In this document: in pieces, positions 46,432-47,778 of the stretch
Layout of the letters: each line of letters opens with the position of its first letter
Position numbering within the stretch: position 1 is the first letter of the stretch
Assembly (NCBI GenBank): GCA_900549365.1
Contig: UROD01000001.1
Span: 1 to 47,778 of the forward strand
Direction of reading: 5' to 3'
Length of the DNA stretch: 47,778 nt
From: an uncultured Rickettsiales bacterium
GTDB taxonomy: Bacteria > Pseudomonadota > Alphaproteobacteria > Rs-D84
Translations under genes and position numbers: made by a program
Notes under the pieces: generated by a model
The model's input: the letters and a program-made list of their open reading frames with translations, nothing else
What the model was told of the DNA's origin: nothing
Databases searched by the model: none

Positions 46432-47778
46432 TCAATCTGAAATCATCTGTTCCAGTTTTTCTGTGTACTTTGTAATTTCGCTGTCGATAGCGGAAATCTG
46501 CCCACGCGCGTCATCATCCGCATCGCCACGCAATATATCAGTGGTTAATTTTTGTTTTTGTTCTTGTAATTTTTTCAAGTAATTTTGCAATTTTAACGAC
46601 GTGATATAACGTTCTGCTCCGCGCGCATCCATATTCATATCTGGTGCGTCGCCATCTAATGAAATGTTCAATTTTGCCAAAAATTCCGCATGACGTTCGG
46701 CAATCTCTGGAAATTTATTTGTAATAAATATCAGTGTATTACGTGTAATGGCATCAATTTCTGGGACGGCAACCTGCGCCGATTGCTGTTTACGTGACCA
46801 TTTATGCCACTGATTAAACTTGCGCGAATTATATTCATTTTCATATTCTGCGCGCAATGCAATATCAGGGATTTTACTGGTTTCTGTTTTAAGGAATTTT
46901 TCTGCCTGTGCACGTCCCCCTGGGGTTGACACAATATAATTGTTGTTTGCTGTGTTCCACAGAAAGTCGGTCAAATTTTCCGATGCGTCAATAATTGTGC
47001 GCATAGCGTCCGCGCCGGAATTTTTCAAAATTTCATCAGGGTCTTTACCACCAGTAACAAATGCAAATCTGATATCAGAATCATCACGTACAAATGGTAA
47101 TACAATATCAGCGGCGCGAACTGCGGCCTTGCGTCCTGCGTTATCGCCATCAAAACAAAATACAATATTACGATTTGCCTTGCATAAAATTGCCAGATGG
47201 TCTTCGGTCAATGCTGTCCCCAGTGGCGCAACTGTTTCTGGAAAACCGTGGCATTGCATTTGAATTGCATCAATTTGCCCCTCTACAATAATAGTACGAT
47301 TATTCCGGTGAATACTTTCGCGGGCAAAATTAAATCCAAAAATAGTTTTACGTTTATGAAATATTTCTGTGTCAGATGTATTTATATATTTTGGTTCAGA
47401 ACCGTCCAAACTGCGACCTGAAAAAGCGACAATTTGTCCGCGCGCGGAAAATATAGGAAACATCAATTTATCGCGAAAGAAATCGTACATTCCATAATCA
47501 CCGCGACGACATAAACCAGTCCCCAACAAAATATCTTGTTTTGTATTTATAAATTTATTTGCAATAAAATTATTTTTAGGCGCATACCCCAAACGATACT
47601 TTTTTATCATATCATCGGTAAATCCACGACGACGAATATATTCCAACGCAACTGTGCCCGCGGGGGTAAATAACTGCTTTTGATATTCGGCCGCTGCACG
47701 TTCCATAACATCAAAGTATGATTCTTCGCGGGCGACAATTTTTGGGTCACGTGGCTTGAACTCTGGTAATTTCATTCC
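46432..47778 (-). CDS. dnaG: DNA primase DnaG, with the N-terminal zinc-finger part cut off by the window edge
   Basis: RNA-polymerase core and Toprim motifs (IIVEGQIDAIQM, VFCFDGDNAGRKAA). The first residues align to about position 100 of DnaG, so the gene continues beyond 47778. Confidence 0.85.
   Translation of the reverse strand, partial: GMKLPEFKPRDPKIVAREESYFDVMERAAAEYQKQLFTPAGTVALEYIRRRGFTDDMIKKYRLGYAPKNNFIANKFINTKQDILLGTGLCRRGDYGMYDFFRDKLMFPIFSARGQIVAFSGRSLDGSEPKYINTSDTEIFHKRKTIFGFNFARESIHRNNRTIIVEGQIDAIQMQCHGFPETVAPLGTALTEDHLAILCKANRNIVFCFDGDNAGRKAAVRAADIVLPFVRDDSDIRFAFVTGGKDPDEILKNSGADAMRTIIDASENLTDFLWNTANNNYIVSTPGGRAQAEKFLKTETSKIPDIALRAEYENEYNSRKFNQWHKWSRKQQSAQVAVPEIDAITRNTLIFITNKFPEIAERHAEFLAKLNISLDGDAPDMNMDARGAERYITSLKLQNYLKKLQEQKQKLTTDILRGDADDDARGQISAIDSEITKYTEKLEQMISD

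Overview
Chromosomal window from a Gram-negative bacterium. The gene content (LolCDE, LpxC/LpxK, DUF374, AsmA, PagL, scattered VirB3/VirB4) and the fragmented operons suggest an alphaproteobacterial, endosymbiont-like lineage, but that is inference only. About 45 genes are packed tightly, mostly on the minus strand. Housekeeping genes: lolC/E-lolD, ftsQ, ftsA, tsaE, uvrB, asmA-like, aspS, pagL-like, ung, gyrB, lpxC, lpxK, a DUF374 acyltransferase, rpmJ (missing from the ORF track), ychF, an ABC-F ATPase, and dnaG (cut by the window edge). There are five tRNAs: Tyr, Gly, Thr, Met/Ile2-CAT and initiator fMet. Accessory content lies between these genes. (1) An islet 3' of tRNA-fMet carries a serine recombinase killed by a nonsense codon, an EcoRI-family-like N6A methyltransferase, and a translationally coupled DUF262/HNH nuclease. 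This is my best candidate for an undescribed defence module. (2) A low-GC island between two tRNAs carries a Slam (DUF560, type XI secretion) gene, its surface lipoprotein, and a glycine-rich protein. (3) A type IVb pilus-like core (PilO/P/Q/R-like) lacks a pilin and a peptidase, and a secretin-like lipoprotein is encoded 21 kb away in the lol operon. (4) An orphan virB3-virB4 pair is followed by a secreted HExxH protein. (5) A small protein plus RusA-like nuclease pair sits beside gyrB. Also notable are an in-frame FtsA-Rpe fusion ORF, REP-like repeats, and tRNA 3'-end scars. All product calls come from motif recognition by eye. No searches were run.
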